From IMG/VR virus record IMGVR_UViG_3300033075_000957, positions 1 to 64,000 of that record: a stretch of 64,000 bases of DNA; one strand, written 5' to 3'. The position numbers and the translations under genes are program-made. Below are positions 27,662 to 36,651 of the stretch, piece after piece (position 1 is the stretch's first letter; every line of letters starts with the position of its first letter). The notes beneath the pieces are model-generated. The model was not told where the DNA came from. It searched no databases and was given only the letters and a program-made list of their open reading frames with translations. Source of the DNA: a virus (taxonomy: Duplodnaviria > Heunggongvirae > Uroviricota > Caudoviricetes).

Positions 27662-28070
27662 TCAAATTAATGATATCGATCATCGTATGTTAACTCTTGT
27701 GCAAGAATTACCATTTGATATCGCCAAGGCAACCGAAGTCTATTGGGACGGTACGGAAGCCACGCCACAGGTTCATTTAGAAATTTTGTCAGCATTACGC
27801 ACCCATTTTGATTATGGCGAAGGTATGCGTGGATATCTGTATGAAGGTTCTTTGTTTATTTATGATTGGGACTGGGAAAAAGCGAATTTTGCTAAACGAT
27901 ATAACCGTTTGGAAGATAAAACCGGAGCTTTTCTTCGTACTCACGGACTTATTGTTTTGATTAACGCCGAGGAAATTAAATTAAATAATCTTGCTTCTAG
28001 GAATAATAGTCAGTGTTTGATTTGGCCACCTATTGGAGAGCCGTATTTATATGAAAAAGATTTGGTTTAA
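27639..28070 (+). CDS. hypothetical protein
   Basis: Internal ATG (MRKIKSID..) of ORF 27513..28070, chosen to limit overlap with the upstream gene. Confidence 0.35.
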   Translation: MRKIKSIDQINDIDHRMLTLVQELPFDIAKATEVYWDGTEATPQVHLEILSALRTHFDYGEGMRGYLYEGSLFIYDWDWEKANFAKRYNRLEDKTGAFLRTHGLIVLINAEEIKLNNLASRNNSQCLIWPPIGEPYLYEKDLV

Positions 28071-28293
28071 GCCCGGACTATTTATAGTTCTTTCTACAAT
28101 AGTAGTTAGGCTCATAGAAATAATGTATGATCGAGAGATCGATATTACTCTTGCTACAAGTCAAATGGCTCAGCGAAGTGATATTTATATGGAATCGGCA
28201 AAAATTGCTGATATAATGTTTCCAATTGTGTATATTGGAATTTGTTTAATTACAGGTTATTGGTTTCTTTTGAATTGGAGAAAATCTCGTTGA
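28033..28293 (+). CDS. small membrane protein
   Basis: Two hydrophobic helices. Confidence 0.4.
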   Translation: MESRIYMKKIWFKPGLFIVLSTIVVRLIEIMYDREIDITLATSQMAQRSDIYMESAKIADIMFPIVYIGICLITGYWFLLNWRKSR

Positions 28294-29303
28294 AAAAAAT
28301 TATTAGTTTATTGACTAGTCTATTAGTTGTTAGCAGTATCATTGGTTGTCGTCCCTATGATACCCCCGAATACGTTGAGATAAAGCCAAACGAAACCGCT
28401 TTCGCTATTCCAATGGAAGGGAATACTGACGAGCAGAAAAGTTTTGAATCCGAAAACTTTTTGCGGAAAAATATGGTCGCTGCCAAACGGATTGAAGTTC
28501 CACACAGATGGAATAAAACTGGACGGTTTTACTTTAACGGTGACTACATTGATCTCATTCGCGTAGTAACCGTCGATCGTGCTCCGGTAAATCGATACTG
28601 GACTAATGAAAAGAATGATGCAATCCAAGTAGAGACTAATGATTCCGTTGGAATGAGTGTAGATATTACGTGTACAGCGATGATCGAGCAGCCGAATACA
28701 CCGCTCTTTCTGTACCGTTATTCTTCTGGCTCGCTAGCGACAGTAATGGATAACGAAATTCGTGCCAAAATTCAGACCGAACTTACCGAAGAAGTCGCCA
28801 AGTATCCACTAGAACAGGTGAAGGCAAACAAAGGTAAGATTATGGAAGCGGTTCGACCAGAAGTTGTGGCGTTTTTTGCAGAACGCGATGTTACCATTAC
28901 AACTCTTGGTATAGGTGGCGGTTTAAACTATCTGAATCCAAAGATTCAAGAATCAATCGATAAAACCGTGCAGGATCAACAATTAGCTATTAGTGCCGAA
29001 GCACGGTTTCAGGCACAGTTAAAAGAAAATGAAACTACTAAAATTACCGCATTAGCATTAGCAGAAGCTACTAGATCGAAGGCACAAGGAGAGGCCGATT
29101 CTATTAAGATGTTAGCTGATGCTAAGGCTTACGAAATAGATAAGATGAAGCAAAATCCAGAATCGTATGTGCAGCTTAGAAATTTAGAGAATTTTAATCT
29201 ATTAATTTCTCGATGGAACGGAACGCTTCCGGTCTATAATATGAATATGGGAGGGAATGGGACTTTACCCAATATACTCATGAATATGCCAGTTGAGAAA
29301 TAA
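28290..29303 (+). CDS. SPFH/band-7 (prohibitin-like) lipoprotein
   Basis: TTG start (L)KKIISLLTSLLVVSSIIGC lipobox after GGAGAAAA; C-terminal half has band-7 helical repeats (QAQLKENETTKITALALAEATRSKAQGEAD). Confidence 0.5.
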   Translation: MKKIISLLTSLLVVSSIIGCRPYDTPEYVEIKPNETAFAIPMEGNTDEQKSFESENFLRKNMVAAKRIEVPHRWNKTGRFYFNGDYIDLIRVVTVDRAPVNRYWTNEKNDAIQVETNDSVGMSVDITCTAMIEQPNTPLFLYRYSSGSLATVMDNEIRAKIQTELTEEVAKYPLEQVKANKGKIMEAVRPEVVAFFAERDVTITTLGIGGGLNYLNPKIQESIDKTVQDQQLAISAEARFQAQLKENETTKITALALAEATRSKAQGEADSIKMLADAKAYEIDKMKQNPESYVQLRNLENFNLLISRWNGTLPVYNMNMGGNGTLPNILMNMPVEK

Positions 29304-29327
29304 AATAATTTATACATACGTGAAAGC

Positions 29328-29338
29328 GTGTGTATAAT
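29328..29338 (+). promoter_or_regulatory. GTGTGTATAAT promoter-like motif upstream of the Y-RNA-like array
   Basis: Same motif family as upstream of about 11 other genes. Confidence 0.4.
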
Positions 29339-29404
29339 ATTTGGGGCCGAAGATTTTTGCTTATCTCTTGTAATGAAACAGCAATTATCACTATATGCCC
29401 CGTG

Positions 29405-29530
29405 CGAACGGTAGCCGAGCAGTTAGGCGGCAGCAAAAAAGATATCCTTAGTCGCTTATACCCTATTGGGTCGAAGACATAGGATTAACACTGGGGCTGT
29501 TATACGATGGTGCAATTCCATCCCGTTCGA
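29405..29530 (+). ncRNA. tRNA-like module A (acceptor CGAACGG/CCGTTCG, D hairpin GCCG..CGGC, T-arm GATGG-TGCAATT-CCATC) with a ~75-nt insert replacing the anticodon arm
   Basis: Hand fold; the insert contains a CCTAT[TGGGTCGAAGAC]ATAGG hairpin. Confidence 0.4.
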
Positions 29531-29701
29531 TTTGGGCCGAAGATAATCGGTTATCCAACTCTTTTTAGTGTTTGCCCGCAAGGGCTTCCGAGAGTCACTA
29601 TGCCCATTTACCCGTGCTAGGCAATGGTGCCGATCTTTCTTTCATACCGGTTGTTCGTTAGAAAGAAAAGGTAGTTCGATTCTACCAGACGGGGTTTGAT
29701 G

Positions 29702-29816
29702 GTACGTTCCGCTAGGGCGGGAATGGTTTGTCTAATCATGTCCTTTCATGGGCCGAAAGATAAACCTTATCTTATCTGAAAACAAGATTCGGTGGGTTCG
29801 AATCCCACAACGTATC
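29702..29816 (+). ncRNA. tRNA-like module C (acceptor GTACGTT/AACGTAT, hairpin CCGC-TAGG-GCGG, T-arm GTGGG-TTCGAAT-CCCAC) with an insert containing ATGGGCCGAAAGATA
   Basis: Hand fold. Confidence 0.4.
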
Positions 29817-29922
29817 CTTTGGCGAGATAGCTTAATGGTTAGAGCACTAAATCCCCTGAACGAATTATATCCTTATGGGTCGATAGGATAGAGCCATTGT
29901 CTGGTGGAGATAGAGTTTTGAG

Positions 29923-30630
29923 TTATAGTTCTAACTTCTGGTTTATTAAATTTACAATAATTGTTAAAAAGGGTTTTGCGTTCGATTTTTTAAAATATTT
30001 TAATTGAGAACTATCAATAATTACCAATTCAATTTCTTTTTCCAAACACGCCTGAAACTTTCTAGTATCATTGTTTTGAATAGATTTTAATTTTTCTTCA
30101 CCATAAATAGGCTCGTAATGAAAAATGCCATTAAGTTCAAAAGCTAATTTTAAAGAAGGAATATAAATATCTAATTCAGAATTAATAGTATCTTTACGGT
30201 TAAAATGAAATTCTAGATTTGGATAGTGTGCTATTAATTCTTTTTCTAAATATATTTCTAATTTACTACGTCGATATCCAATAGTTTTATGTGTGTTATT
30301 ATAAGTAGTGGCACAAGAAGACGAGCAAAATCGATTTTTACCAATTTTTGCACTAAAAACTCGTGTAAATAGTTTTAAACAGTATGTACATTCATATTGA
30401 AAACAAGAACCAAAATACAAAGATTTGCATTTTTTAGTACAAAACATCATTCTTTTTTTTCTTCTAGAATCGCGTATGCTAGATTTTAATCGATAAATAA
30501 TTTGTTTACATTGAGGACATTTTAAAGATAATTTATGGAAATGCTCAGACTCAAAATACTGATCTTCGGTAAATAATGGAATCATGTGAAGCATATACAC
30601 TAATAGAAATAAAATTTTCAAAACACACAT
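29923..30630 (-). CDS. homing-endonuclease-like protein (Zn-ribbon CxxC repeats plus PD-(D/E)xK-like domain)
   Basis: CPQCKQ..C..C, CTYC..CSSSC modules; ELDIYIPSLKLAFELNG..H resembles a PD-(D/E)xK core; lies between the Y-RNA-like array and the Ro60 gene. Confidence 0.5.
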   Translation of the reverse strand: MCVLKILFLLVYMLHMIPLFTEDQYFESEHFHKLSLKCPQCKQIIYRLKSSIRDSRRKKRMMFCTKKCKSLYFGSCFQYECTYCLKLFTRVFSAKIGKNRFCSSSCATTYNNTHKTIGYRRSKLEIYLEKELIAHYPNLEFHFNRKDTINSELDIYIPSLKLAFELNGIFHYEPIYGEEKLKSIQNNDTRKFQACLEKEIELVIIDSSQLKYFKKSNAKPFLTIIVNLINQKLEL

Positions 30631-30752
30631 TCACCATTTAAATTATTTCCATGTGTTTTATGAATAGATGCAATTATTGTTATACTGAAATAATTGATGG
30701 TGTTAAATAAAAGGTAACGTTTTAGTCCCATAAGGGCAGAAGGATATCGAAT

Positions 30753-32363
30753 ATGGCAAATTACGGAAACAGTCTCAAAAATCGTAAACGCACTCCGATC
30801 ACCGAAGCGGTGCCCGGTACAGCAATGGTGCCAAATAATGGCGGTGGATATGGTTATGTCGTAGACGACTTCATTCGTTTACAACGATTTCTGATTCTCG
30901 GATCGGACGGCGGTACCTACTATGTCGGCGAACGGGAGTTAACGGTTCAGAATGCTGAATGCATTACTAGATGCCTAAATTCTGATTACAAGCGTGCTAT
31001 TGATATGATCGTTAATATTAGCGATCAAGGTCGTGCTCCAAAGAATAGTCCTGCGGTTTTTGCTTTGGCAATGGCCGCTGCTCACGAAGGCAGCAACGCT
31101 CGCGAATGCCGTAAATATGCACTCGCTAACTTAGCCAAGGTCTGTCGTATCGGTACACATCTCTTTGAGTTTACCGAATACGTTACTAAAATGCGTGGAT
31201 GGGGGCGTTTGCTTAGAGACGGAGTTGCTTCGTGGTATACAGATATGGACGAGGAACGCCTTGCCTATCAGGTAATTAAGTACCCACAACGTACTATTAC
31301 TGAAGGTAACGCTTCTTCCGCATGGTCGCATAAGGACATCTTACGGTTATCCCGCCCATCTGGTAATAAAAACCATCAAACTATCTACAATTACATCCAT
31401 TCCGGAGAATTTAAATCTAGAGCAGAATCGCTCGCGATTATTGCTGGAACTGAAAAGATTAAACTGGCAAAAAATATAGATGAATGTGTAAAACTTATTT
31501 CTAAATATAATCTTCCTCATGAAGTTGTACCTAAGCAGTTTGCGAATTCGAAAGAAGTTTGGGAAACTTTGCTACCTAATCTTCCTGCTACTGCCCTGAT
31601 TCGTTCTCTTGGCCGCATGCAATCCTATGGATTATTTGAAAACGGTTCTGAATCTCTTAGGATTGCTTTAGAGAAAATTAGCGATGTAAATTGGTTGAAA
31701 AAGAGCCGTATGCATCCCCTCAATATTCTTATTGCCCAGCGTACCTATACTACTGCACACGGAACAAAAGGAAATCTTACATGGACGCCAAATCCGCAAA
31801 TTACGGAAGCTCTTGAAAAGGCATTCTATAATGCGTTTGACTATGTAGAGCCTTCTGGCAAAAACTTACTAATTGCTGTAGATATTTCTGGTAGTATGAT
31901 ATCTCGTTTTGGTACTTTTAATATTAGTTCCTGCGAAGTTGCGGCTGTTTTAGCTATGGTTGCTGCCCGAAGAGAACCTAGCTCATATATTGTCGGATTC
32001 GCTTCTCAGATTGTTGATCTAAAAATTACTAAAAATGATACTCTCGAATCTGCGTGCAAGAAATGCCAAGGAAACTGGGGTTCAACAAATTGTGCTGCTG
32101 CGATAGATCACGCAATCCAGCATCGTTTAAACGTGGATGCTTTTCTAATCATCACCGACAATGAGTCTAATACCGGTGTGCATCCTGCACAAGCTATTAA
32201 ACAATATAGAAATCAGGTTAACAAACCGAATGCTAAACTGATAAGTTTAGCGACTACAAGTACTCGTACTACAATTAATGATCCTAACGATTTCGATTGC
32301 CTCGATCTTGTCGGATTCGATACTGCGGTACCAGAACTTATCACGAATTTCATTCGCGAATAA
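30753..32363 (+). CDS. rsr: Ro60 ortholog (TROVE domain plus vWA domain; bacterial Rsr-like)
   Basis: 536 aa; N-terminal TROVE-like region (FIRLQRFLILGSDGGTYY); C-terminal vWA domain with MIDAS motif LLIAVDISGSM and ITDNESNTG; the size and architecture match bacterial Rsr. Confidence 0.7.
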   Translation: MANYGNSLKNRKRTPITEAVPGTAMVPNNGGGYGYVVDDFIRLQRFLILGSDGGTYYVGERELTVQNAECITRCLNSDYKRAIDMIVNISDQGRAPKNSPAVFALAMAAAHEGSNARECRKYALANLAKVCRIGTHLFEFTEYVTKMRGWGRLLRDGVASWYTDMDEERLAYQVIKYPQRTITEGNASSAWSHKDILRLSRPSGNKNHQTIYNYIHSGEFKSRAESLAIIAGTEKIKLAKNIDECVKLISKYNLPHEVVPKQFANSKEVWETLLPNLPATALIRSLGRMQSYGLFENGSESLRIALEKISDVNWLKKSRMHPLNILIAQRTYTTAHGTKGNLTWTPNPQITEALEKAFYNAFDYVEPSGKNLLIAVDISGSMISRFGTFNISSCEVAAVLAMVAARREPSSYIVGFASQIVDLKITKNDTLESACKKCQGNWGSTNCAAAIDHAIQHRLNVDAFLIITDNESNTGVHPAQAIKQYRNQVNKPNAKLISLATTSTRTTINDPNDFDCLDLVGFDTAVPELITNFIRE

Positions 32364-32472
32364 TGATATGAGTGCGATTCCGTAACTGAAAAAAAGGATT
32401 TCCTCACGGAGTGCCGAGAAATCGGCAGACACTTTCGGACGGGCCGTGAGATAGGAAAAACATGCACTTATT

Positions 32473-32544
32473 AGGATACTAGTTCACCGGAAGAACGCTC
32501 GCTTGATAAGCGAGAAGTACTTGGTTCAACTCCAAGGTATCCTA
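32473..32544 (+). tRNA. tRNA-Ile (anticodon GAT)
   Basis: Acceptor AGGATAC/GTATCCT, D-arm GTTC-ACCGGAA-GAAC, anticodon stem CTCGC/GCGAG with loop TTGATAA, T-arm CTTGG-TTCAACT-CCAAG; 72 nt. Confidence 0.7.
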
Positions 32545-32548
32545 TGAA

Positions 32549-32634
32549 TACTAGGTGGCCGAGGTTGGTCGATGGCACAAAACTGTTAATTTTGCGGCGA
32601 AAGCCCGTCGTAGGTTCAAATCCTACCCTAGTAG
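32549..32634 (+). tRNA. type-II (long variable arm) tRNA, identity uncertain; the 7-nt loop CTGTTAA reads as anticodon GTT
   Basis: Acceptor TACTAGG/CCTAGTA perfect, D-stem GCC/GGC with 13-nt loop, anticodon stem CAAAA/TTTTG, variable arm CGGCGAAAGCCCGTC, T-arm GTAGG-TTCAAAT-CCTAC; 86 nt. Confidence 0.5.
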
Positions 32635-32720
32635 TTTAATCAGCAATGTGCTGATAAATTTGCGGCATATGCCGCGTTCACCCTTGTTGCTTATGGCAAC
32701 AATATTGAAAGGATAGTAGT

Positions 32721-33083
32721 ATGATTCGTAGATATGTTCGAGTTCCTGACGGCAATCATCGCGAAGATGGCAGTTTAAGCCGTGGTCGTCCTGTTGGTCT
32801 AGTACTAGGTGAAAATAGAAATGGTATTATACATCTTGGATATTCAAGATGTTCGGATGCTGATCAGTATAATCCGCAATCGGCCGATCAAATTGCTCTC
32901 AGTCGTTTACAATCATCTGAATTCTGGTATGATTCTAATAATGATACTTATTCTGGTGATTTAACTCGTGATCTTTATTCATCATTTTCTGATATGATTG
33001 AGGAGATTGAATGGGTTATTACAGAAACTCTAGATCATCCAGAACGAAATTGTCGAATGCCTAAATATAGTTCAGCAAATTAA
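32721..33083 (+). CDS. hypothetical protein
   Basis: GAAAGGATAGTAGT RBS. Confidence 0.45.
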   Translation: MIRRYVRVPDGNHREDGSLSRGRPVGLVLGENRNGIIHLGYSRCSDADQYNPQSADQIALSRLQSSEFWYDSNNDTYSGDLTRDLYSSFSDMIEEIEWVITETLDHPERNCRMPKYSSAN

Positions 33084-33087
33084 TAAT

Positions 33088-33116
33088 GGTCCCGTGAAAA
33101 CGGGATCATTTATTTT
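33088..33116 (+). terminator. rho-independent terminator
   Basis: GGTCCCG-TGAAAA-CGGGATC stem-loop followed by ATTTATTTT. Confidence 0.55.
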
Positions 33117-33782
33117 ATGATTAAAACTTTACAAGGACCACTTCTTTTAGTTGGTGATATTCATGGTAATTTTGATTATGTAACAAATTTACATGAAGAA
33201 TATTCAGATTCGACTATTATTCAAATCGGTGATTTTGGTATTGGGTTTGGTAATGATGTTCCGAATCAATTTGATAAATATAATCGTTTATATTGGATTG
33301 CAGGAAATCATGATGATAGAAACCAATGCGTTCGACATTCTGGATATTTAGGACATTATGGATGGTTTCAGTGGTATCCACTCGTCGATCATCCTAAATC
33401 ATTTAAAGTCTTTTATATTTCTGGTGCATGGTCAATTGACAGAGCAGTTCGTACGCCGGGAATAGACTGGTGGCATTACGAAGAACTTTCTCGGGATGAA
33501 ATGGTTGCATGTCAAGAAATGTACAATGAAGTTAAGCCAGATATCGTAATTTCTCACGATAGTCCATCTAGTTGCTGGTCAGAATTGATTAAAAGAACTA
33601 AGATGCTTTTTGGTGATCAGCAAAGACTTACACGAACAGGAGAATTCTTAGAGCAACTCAGATTGCTTCATTCGCCCTCGCGATGGTATTTTGGACACTA
33701 TCATCCACCACGCAATCTGTCTTTCATACAAAATGAAATTGAATATAATTGTTTACGAATTAATGGGATATCTTTTTTATAG
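33117..33782 (+). CDS. calcineurin-like metallophosphoesterase
   Basis: GDIHGN .. IQIGDFG .. WIAGNHDD matches the phosphoesterase motifs. Confidence 0.65.
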   Translation: MIKTLQGPLLLVGDIHGNFDYVTNLHEEYSDSTIIQIGDFGIGFGNDVPNQFDKYNRLYWIAGNHDDRNQCVRHSGYLGHYGWFQWYPLVDHPKSFKVFYISGAWSIDRAVRTPGIDWWHYEELSRDEMVACQEMYNEVKPDIVISHDSPSSCWSELIKRTKMLFGDQQRLTRTGEFLEQLRLLHSPSRWYFGHYHPPRNLSFIQNEIEYNCLRINGISFL

Positions 33783-33817
33783 AATTCAAATCCCATTTGT
33801 TCTTTTAAGGAAAAATT

Positions 33818-33952
33818 ATGGAAGGATTTCTATTTCTTGTTGGCATGGCTTTGATTTTATGGGTACTCAATGATTGTCCCGGATTAAACTTATCTTGTAA
33901 TATTTGTAGATGCAATAAATGTGACCGTGGTGTTTCTGTCAAAAAGAAATAA
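33818..33952 (+). CDS. 44-aa membrane/Cys-rich peptide
   Basis: AAGGAAAAATT RBS; MEGFLFLVGMALILWVL.. then CNICRCNKC; below ORF-track cutoff. Confidence 0.3.
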   Translation: MEGFLFLVGMALILWVLNDCPGLNLSCNICRCNKCDRGVSVKKK

Positions 33953-33955
33953 ATT

Positions 33956-34180
33956 ATGGAAAATAAAATCTGGCTAGTATACAGCAGAGAGCATAATGCA
34001 TGGTGGAAAGAAAACGCTTGCGGTTATGCGTCTCGCGTCGAAGATGCTGGTCGATTTACTTTTGACGAAGCCACAAAACACGCTCAAACACGTTCGAAAT
34101 ATATTAGTAAAGATTGGGGCGAACCAGAATTCATAATGCTTGCTCCAGAAAATTATGCAAACATTCTTGCCATATCCTAA
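33956..34180 (+). CDS. hypothetical protein
   Basis: ORF 74 aa. Confidence 0.4.
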   Translation: MENKIWLVYSREHNAWWKENACGYASRVEDAGRFTFDEATKHAQTRSKYISKDWGEPEFIMLAPENYANILAIS

Positions 34181-34628
34181 TTATCATAATTCCGCAGCGT
34201 GTCTTGATAATAAACGATGTTGGAAACAAGTAGTAGAAGCCAAACAAATTTTAAACGCTTTGCGTTTAAAAATAGAAGGTATTAAGTCTGGATGGCAAAA
34301 TCATCCAGCGACACTTATGTGGGAAGGTCACGACACTCAACTGTGTAAATATGGAATTATATTTGCCGAAGAATCTTTACGTCGAGGAATAAAGCACAAA
34401 CAATTACCAATATTAATTGACCTTTGTGTATCGTTGCAGGGGTACGGGGATGCAATCCCCGATTGGATGGGAGATGATAGAATCCATGCTTCACACCGTG
34501 CCAGATTGCTTTACAAAAATCCCGATTGGTACCAGCAGTTTGGTTGGAGTGAAAAACCTCGATCCGAAGCGGAGGGTTATTTCTGGCCGGTACGAACTTC
34601 CGGCAGGGAAATTGTTGGACAAATATAA
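34140..34628 (+). CDS. hypothetical protein
   Basis: ORF 162 aa. Confidence 0.4.
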   Translation: MLQKIMQTFLPYPNYHNSAACLDNKRCWKQVVEAKQILNALRLKIEGIKSGWQNHPATLMWEGHDTQLCKYGIIFAEESLRRGIKHKQLPILIDLCVSLQGYGDAIPDWMGDDRIHASHRARLLYKNPDWYQQFGWSEKPRSEAEGYFWPVRTSGREIVGQI

Positions 34629-35049
34629 TATTGGGCTTCTTTTCAAACCACATCCAACTGTATCTTCTTGGGCATGTTTTGATGTTTGCACTAAACAAAT
34701 TTTTATTAATCTTAAAAAAAACCCATCTTATTTTTTAGAAATTTCTTTTTTACATGAATTATGTCATGCGATAGATATAACCAAATATTATAAATATTAT
34801 TCGTCTTATCGAAGAATATATTTTGATAATATTCCTTATACTATAAATGAATTAGAAGCCCATGTTGGACACGCGATGAAGATTCTTAAAGATCATGTAT
34901 TTTTTCCATTTGGTGCTTATGAACATTCGCAAAGATATGCTAAAAAATGGTGCGAAAATTATGAATCTGAACGTTATAGAAAACGTGGAAAAGAAATTGC
35001 TGACGAAATTATTCCGTATTTAAATCAAACAAAAATAATCTATTTATAA
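34417..35049 (+). CDS. putative zinc metallopeptidase (HExxH), start uncertain
   Basis: FLHELCHAIDI is an HExxH motif. The 5' third overlaps 34140..34628 in another frame and there is no in-frame ATG with an RBS after 34628, so this may be a frameshifted fusion with the upstream ORF or an overlapping gene. Confidence 0.35.
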   Translation: MTFVYRCRGTGMQSPIGWEMIESMLHTVPDCFTKIPIGTSSLVGVKNLDPKRRVISGRYELPAGKLLDKYNIGLLFKPHPTVSSWACFDVCTKQIFINLKKNPSYFLEISFLHELCHAIDITKYYKYYSSYRRIYFDNIPYTINELEAHVGHAMKILKDHVFFPFGAYEHSQRYAKKWCENYESERYRKRGKEIADEIIPYLNQTKIIYL

Positions 35050-35194
35050 AAGGTCAAGCAGTATGCATAAAAGTATTAAGAAAGTATATCTTATAGACTG
35101 GTTAGAAACTCCAGAAAAAGTTAAAAAAGAAATTCAAGAAATTTATGACGATGATCCGTGTGGTAATGTACTTTATCAGAAAGAAAATAGATAA

Positions 35195-36637
35195 ATGAAC
35201 GAATCATTTCTTTGTTTCGATAGCTATAAACTGAGTCATCATGCTATGTACCCTCCGGGTTTAACGAATATGTATTCGTATCTAGAGACACGGAATCCCT
35301 CATCTTATTCAGATAAAACGCTTTTCTTTGGTTTACAAGGAATTCTTAATAAACTTGCAGAACCATTATCAGCATTATATATCGAAGACCTGAGACGTTT
35401 TTGTTCTGTACATTTTGGCTCTACTGAAGTTTTTAATCGGCAATGGAGACGTTTATTCGAAAAACATCATTATTGGCCAGTTCGAATTAAAGCTGTTCCA
35501 GAAGGAACATTAGTACCAATCGGCAATGTTTTACTTACTATTGAAAATACAGACCCCGAATTTCCTTGGGTTACAAATCTTCTTGAAACTTTACTACTCC
35601 AAGTTTGGTATCCAACTACTGTTGCAACATATAGTTACGCAGTAAAAAAGATTTGTAAACAATTTCTCTTTGCAACAACCGATACAAATCGCATCGATGG
35701 TCATTTACAATTCATGCTGCATGACTTTGGTTTTCGTGGTGCCAGCAGTTATGAATCAGCAGGAATTGCAGGTGCGGCACATCTTGTATCTTTTTCTGGC
35801 ACCGATACTATCGCAGCATTTGAGTATATTGTCAGAAATTACTCAAATAGCATTAATTTTGATTGGAAGACGGATTGCGTAGGATTTAGCATTCCCGCTA
35901 CCGAGCATTCGATTATGACTATGCTGGGCGAAGAGGGAGAAGTACAAACGATACAGAATGTGTTAAATGCCTACCCAACAGGGCTCTTGGCGATGGTTAT
36001 TGATTCCTATGACCCTTATCAATTCATTGATAAGTTAGCAGAAAACTTTCGTAAAGAAGTTGAAACTCGTCAAGGAAGAATTGTTCTTCGTCCAGACAGC
36101 GGCGATCCTATTGAAGTTAGTGTTAAAGTGCTGGAACGCATTGGTCAGTATTTCACACCTACGGTAAATAGTAAGGGTTACCGCGTTCTTCCTGACTATA
36201 TTCGTGTTATTTATGGCGATGGAATCAATATCAATTCGATCAAGAATATCCTAACCGCCATGCAACAAGCAGGATGGGCGGCGGAAAATATAGTCTTCGG
36301 ATGCGGTGGCAAGCTGCTACAGTCCCATAATCGAGATAATTTTGGATTCGCGTTAAAAACGTCATCCGTAATTATAAATGGAAAAACAATTGAGGTATTC
36401 AAAAATCCATCAACACAGATAAATAAAATAAGCAAACGAGGAAGACTAGGCTTAGTCCTAAATGGCGATGGATTTACTACTGTTTCTGAAATACGAGCAG
36501 AAAGAGGCGGAAACTATTTAAGAACAGTTCTTGAAAATGGTAAACTGTTTAATATCGAATCATTTGATACTATTAAAAAGCGAACTCAAGAATGGTTTAG
36601 TTCTGAAAATAAATATTGCGACACTTTTGGCTTTTAA
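35195..36637 (+). CDS. nadV: nicotinamide phosphoribosyltransferase
   Basis: N-terminus FLCFDSYKLSHHAMYPPGLTNMYSYLETR matches the NAMPT signature (DSYK..H...YP); 480 aa. Confidence 0.75.
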   Translation: MNESFLCFDSYKLSHHAMYPPGLTNMYSYLETRNPSSYSDKTLFFGLQGILNKLAEPLSALYIEDLRRFCSVHFGSTEVFNRQWRRLFEKHHYWPVRIKAVPEGTLVPIGNVLLTIENTDPEFPWVTNLLETLLLQVWYPTTVATYSYAVKKICKQFLFATTDTNRIDGHLQFMLHDFGFRGASSYESAGIAGAAHLVSFSGTDTIAAFEYIVRNYSNSINFDWKTDCVGFSIPATEHSIMTMLGEEGEVQTIQNVLNAYPTGLLAMVIDSYDPYQFIDKLAENFRKEVETRQGRIVLRPDSGDPIEVSVKVLERIGQYFTPTVNSKGYRVLPDYIRVIYGDGININSIKNILTAMQQAGWAAENIVFGCGGKLLQSHNRDNFGFALKTSSVIINGKTIEVFKNPSTQINKISKRGRLGLVLNGDGFTTVSEIRAERGGNYLRTVLENGKLFNIESFDTIKKRTQEWFSSENKYCDTFGF

Positions 36638-36646
36638 GTGTATAAA
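36637..36646 (+). promoter_or_regulatory. AGTGTATAAA promoter-like motif
   Basis: 6 nt before the ATG at 36652. Confidence 0.35.
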
Positions 36647-36651
36647 GCAAT

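Larger units (their letters stand above)
29341..29900 (+). ncRNA. array of Y-RNA-like / tRNA-like structured RNA modules (candidate Ro60-associated RNAs)
   Basis: 560-nt non-coding, GC-richer tract. Five copies of TGGG(C/T)CGA(A)AGA, each with a nearby complementary GCCC(C)A/TATGCCC partner. At least three modules with a T-arm (GATGG-TGCAATT-CCATC, GGTAG-TTCGATT-CTACC, GTGGG-TTCGAAT-CCCAC), a D-like hairpin and a 5-7 bp acceptor-like closing stem, but a long insert in place of the anticodon arm. Confidence 0.5.

Noticed and set aside
35670-35882. Nested ORFs inside nadV, the RNR gene (60170..60370, 60294..60602 minus, 61886..62131) and other long genes
   Set aside because: Fully contained in well-supported genes in other frames; typical six-frame noise.
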